Source of the DNA: Eledone cirrhosa
Lineage: Eukaryota
Reading direction: 5' to 3'
DNA: 64,000 nt
NCBI GenBank assembly: GCA_964016885.1
Contig: OZ024740.1
Span: 345,898,001-345,962,000, forward strand
Shown here: positions 59,258-64,000 of the stretch, piece by piece
Position numbering within the stretch: position 1 is the first letter of the stretch
How the letters are laid out: the number at the start of each line of letters is the position of its first letter
The notes under the pieces: model-generated
What the model was told of the DNA's origin: nothing
Database searches by the model: none
Seen by the model: the letters and a program-made list of their open reading frames with translations, nothing else
Position numbers and translations under genes: made by a program

Positions 59258-60019
59258 GGTATGTGATGTGTATGTGATGTGTGTGTGTGTGTGTTTGTGT
59301 GAATATATATAGACATAGAAAGATAAAGGAAGAGAGGATTAACACTCACTTTAATGTCTTCCCTGTCTCTTTTATTTCTAACCTTACGTGATCTACAATT
59401 ATTTGTTCAATCACCACTGACAAATTCGTTCTGATTAACACCAGATACCATGAACAAATTGTTCCCTCGTTAGTGAAAGAAAGTTGGCGGCAACCTTAAC
59501 AATTCATCATGTTAAGGGACAATGAAGTGAAAAAATAAAAGACAAAACATGGTTCCCGTGAATTTTTTCCTCGACAATATAACACCTGTAATAATCAGCA
59601 CTATTGTAAATATATAGATAAAGCAAGACCAGAAATAACTTGATACATTTATTAACATTTGAAAATTATTGTTCCGAATAAGACATAAAATCTGATAAGG
59701 GAATGGAAAATAATCAAAATATATAAAAGAACGCGTAGAACAAATTATTCTATTCTATACAACATAATTTAAATAAAACTGCTTTACATATACATATCGT
59801 TAAAAATAAACTCAAATGAACATACAACATAAACAAATACCAAATGCAGTCATGCAGGTCACATGCATGAGACTGGACTTTTAAAAGCTTAAAATATGTT
59901 ATCTAAATATGCGCTACTTAGAGCAAAGAATGTATAAGGAAAACAGTAACAATGGAATTGAGATTTATCTTCGATTAAGTAATGGTTTAGTGGGAATTTC
60001 AAATAAATCAAGCACAGCG

Positions 60020-60525
60020 GATTACTGGTGCCTTATTCTATCGACCCCGTAAGAATGAAAGGCAAAGCTAACAGTGGCGAGATTTGAACACAGAAAGTAA
60101 AGGGCCGTAGCTCTATAAATCTTCGAATAAATATTGGTTTCTTATTTTAGGCACAAAGCCAACAATTCTAGGTGGAGTGGAAGTCAATTAAATCCATCCC
60201 AATTCGGTACTGGTATTTTATTTTACCGACCCCGTAATAATTGTTTCTATTTTTGGAACAAGAACAGCAATTACATCAGTGTATTACTGGTACTTTAGTT
60301 TATCGACCCCGTAAGGATGAAAGGCAATGTTACCCTCAGCTGGATTTGAAATAAGACCGTAAAGGAGCGTAACTCAATGCTTCAAAACATGGCGTCCAAC
60401 CCTCTACCGATACTGCCAAAAGACAAAGCTAACCTCGGCTGAATTTGAACAAAGGACGTAAATGGACTTTACTTTATACAGCAAAGCAAGTTGTCTAACG
60501 CTCTATGGATACTGCCAATTCACTG
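60020..60525 (-). mobile_element. Cluster of 3-4 partial tRNA-SINEs
   Basis: Repeated (T/C)CGACCCCGTAA and GATACTGCCAA motifs. Confidence 0.75.
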
Positions 60526-61607
60526 CGTTCATCTTCGAATTATTAATATAATATGATATACCATAATAAAATATAGCATAATATATAATTTCTGTATAAC
60601 CAGTAGGCACATAGGTCTCAAAGGCACAAGTATGTAAGGCCGAAGCATACTATTAGTAAATGCATGTAAGTCTCCTCTCGTAACAACATTGTTCCAGTGA
60701 TATCGCAGTTCGAGAGGGATACCACAAGCCTCTATTTCTACACATTCCTCGAAAACCCTGCCCTGGAATGTTACTGAATTTCTGAATCTGGAAAGAAGGA
60801 AAGATGAATCGGCAGGATATAAATTCAAAGCGCAGAACATAACCACAACAAATACCGCGAGGCACCTGAACATTTAACGATTCTGTTAGTCAGCTTACAC
60901 ACACACACGCACACGCACAAACACACGCACGCACACAAACTATAAGTCACCCATATATATATTAACATTACCACATATATAGGCGTATACTTGCTTAATC
61001 AACATAAATATATCAATTATAATTACATGAAGAAATAAATTGCCTATATATGAATACACAGAATCATCAAATATTTGAATTCTGTTCCTGAATCAAATAT
61101 GTATTCATGAGGAAATGTATTTCAGAATATATATTATTTAATAACCGTTTAAAATTAGTTAAGTGTTATTGATGAAATTAACTAAGCTGCATTAATGCAG
61201 TATTACATATGTATATGTTTTGTATCAAATTGTCTTAGGTAAATGGTAACAAGTAATATCTATGAAATTAAATGAACATAGATATATAAGAACAAAGAAA
61301 TACATAAACTCAGGCTAAATATGGATGCAAACATATGTATATGGAATATCGATGTTTACATGCCTATTTGAAGATATTTATATATATTTGCATTTACATA
61401 TGAGCATATATACACATGTACACGTTCACATATTTATAGATACATTTGGACACATGTATGAATATAGTGTTTGCAGACTTAACAAACATGCATACATGAA
61501 ATGCACTAGTAAGTATATATTCACAAACACGTAAAGGACATGAGAATAAATTCACAGATAATGCATGTTAACATATACCTAAGCTGAAGACACTATTGTG
61601 TGCATGT

Positions 61608-62376
<769 letters not shown>

Positions 62377-63349
62377 GGCCTATGTGTGTGTTTGTCTGTG
62401 CGTGTCACTGTTTATAGATTGTATGTAAAATCCTTCTTTACATGTACCTTTACAAACGTACTCTCACAAGGGTATAACTATGTTTGATCATAAAAACAAT
62501 TTTAATCTGCTGGACGTAGAAACTTTGAAACTTTCCCATTTTACCAAATATTATTACACTAAATTATACTTTGTTATTCAGTGAGAGGTGGCCTGAGAAA
62601 TTTGTATTCCGAATATATATATATTTTAAATTATATATATTAAGACAGTTGAGTAAAAACACATGATATTTATTTTTAACCTATGCCTGACGAATATAAA
62701 TAATTGTTAATGGCTATGAATATATCATAGAGTGAAGTCTTTTGCAAGACGATTCAACAGAAATGTGCTTGTGCTGCAGAATTGAAAAGCCAAATAATAG
62801 GCGTAGAGCAACGCACAGCCATGATTATTTAAATGTTGATTCAAAAGATCGGCGCAAGAGAGTATTTCAACACGCAACTGAAGATACTTTGAAAATAACA
62901 AAAACGGAGGAAAACAGCAAACAAACAATTACCGTATAGAGTACGTAAATAACATATTGAATGTTATGGAGCATTATTAAAGAGTTATTAGATATTTGAA
63001 TATTGAATCTTTTAGGAGTTTCACATAATACGTCTCATCTGAAGTGATATTATTTCTGACTGTAATGACACAAACGACAGGAAAACATAGATAGTTTCAA
63101 GAGCTGCTGCATTCATATACGAGAATAAATAGGCATGTTAAAATATCAACACGCATCATAGATATTTGGACACGAGAGAGATAGTGGTGAATGACTGATT
63201 AAATACTTAAACTATGTGTACACATCAAGACACACACGTACACACACATACACAAAGATACATAAGCATACACACATATATATACTATATATAACTATAT
63301 GTATAATATATATATATGTATATATATATATATAAATACATATATATAT

Positions 63350-63389
<40 letters not shown>

Positions 63390-63410
63390 CGCATATACAT
63401 TATATATATG

Positions 63411-63442
<32 letters not shown>

Positions 63443-63466
63443 CGCATATACATTATATACATGTAT

Positions 63467-63511
<45 letters not shown>

Positions 63512-63913
63512 TTATTTATATATATATATATTATTTATATATATATATATGTATATATATATATACTATATATATATATCTTTTTTTATAGATTAAGAGT
63601 GTTGCTGTAAAAGTAGTAATACAGATAGATTGCTAGATGTCAAAATAGACACATACGTGGACAGGCATATAGCTAGTTATTCATATGTACATACGTACAC
63701 ATAATGATGGGTGTACACATTCTTAACCACCCATTAATACATGATAAGCACATAACCATACAGAGTGTCATAGATATCTATGTAGGAAGGAATTGCTGGG
63801 CAAATAGTTAGACTGAAAGATAGTGAACTGATTTCATTTATATTGATAGGTGTATAGCTTTATACGGATATTTAAAATACATACAAACACACAGACACAC
63901 ACACACAGACACA

Positions 63914-63963
<50 letters not shown>

Positions 63964-63964
63964 C

Positions 63965-64000
<36 letters not shown>

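Noticed and set aside
62681-62730. CTATGC-CTGACGA..GAATATATC-ATAG hammerhead-like motif
   Set aside because: GAAA incomplete, weak stem II, no repeat context; may be chance.

Overview
AT-rich eukaryotic, apparently gene-free DNA packed with (TA)n/(CA)n/(TAA)n microsatellites. The tRNA-SINE content suggests a cephalopod such as Octopus (inference). No host exon could be supported, and most supplied ORFs are microsatellite artefacts. Recognisable retroelement debris: Penelope-like elements (PLE; RT and GIY-YIG), R4/Dong-type, CRE-type, Tx1/L1-type and RTE-type LINEs, and two tRNA-SINE types. The main signal is a dense set of non-coding fold-back or tandem elements, nearly all embedded in (TA)n, that carry type-I hammerhead ribozyme (HHR) motifs. 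These are a 310-bp array, a ~530-556-bp family with three insertions, a ~1-kb family, and several small hairpins. Motifs were found by eye. They show compensatory stem changes between copies, palindromic stem III, and recurrent core variants (U3-A8). Every fold-back whose polarity can be read has both 3' ends pointing outward into (TA)n. Ends recur at the same internal AT-rich sites, and two 5' ends map at or within 5 nt of the predicted cleavage site. This fits PLE-mobilised retrozyme-like RNAs inserted by two-ended priming in TA microsatellites. Ribozyme activity and mechanism are inferred, not shown.
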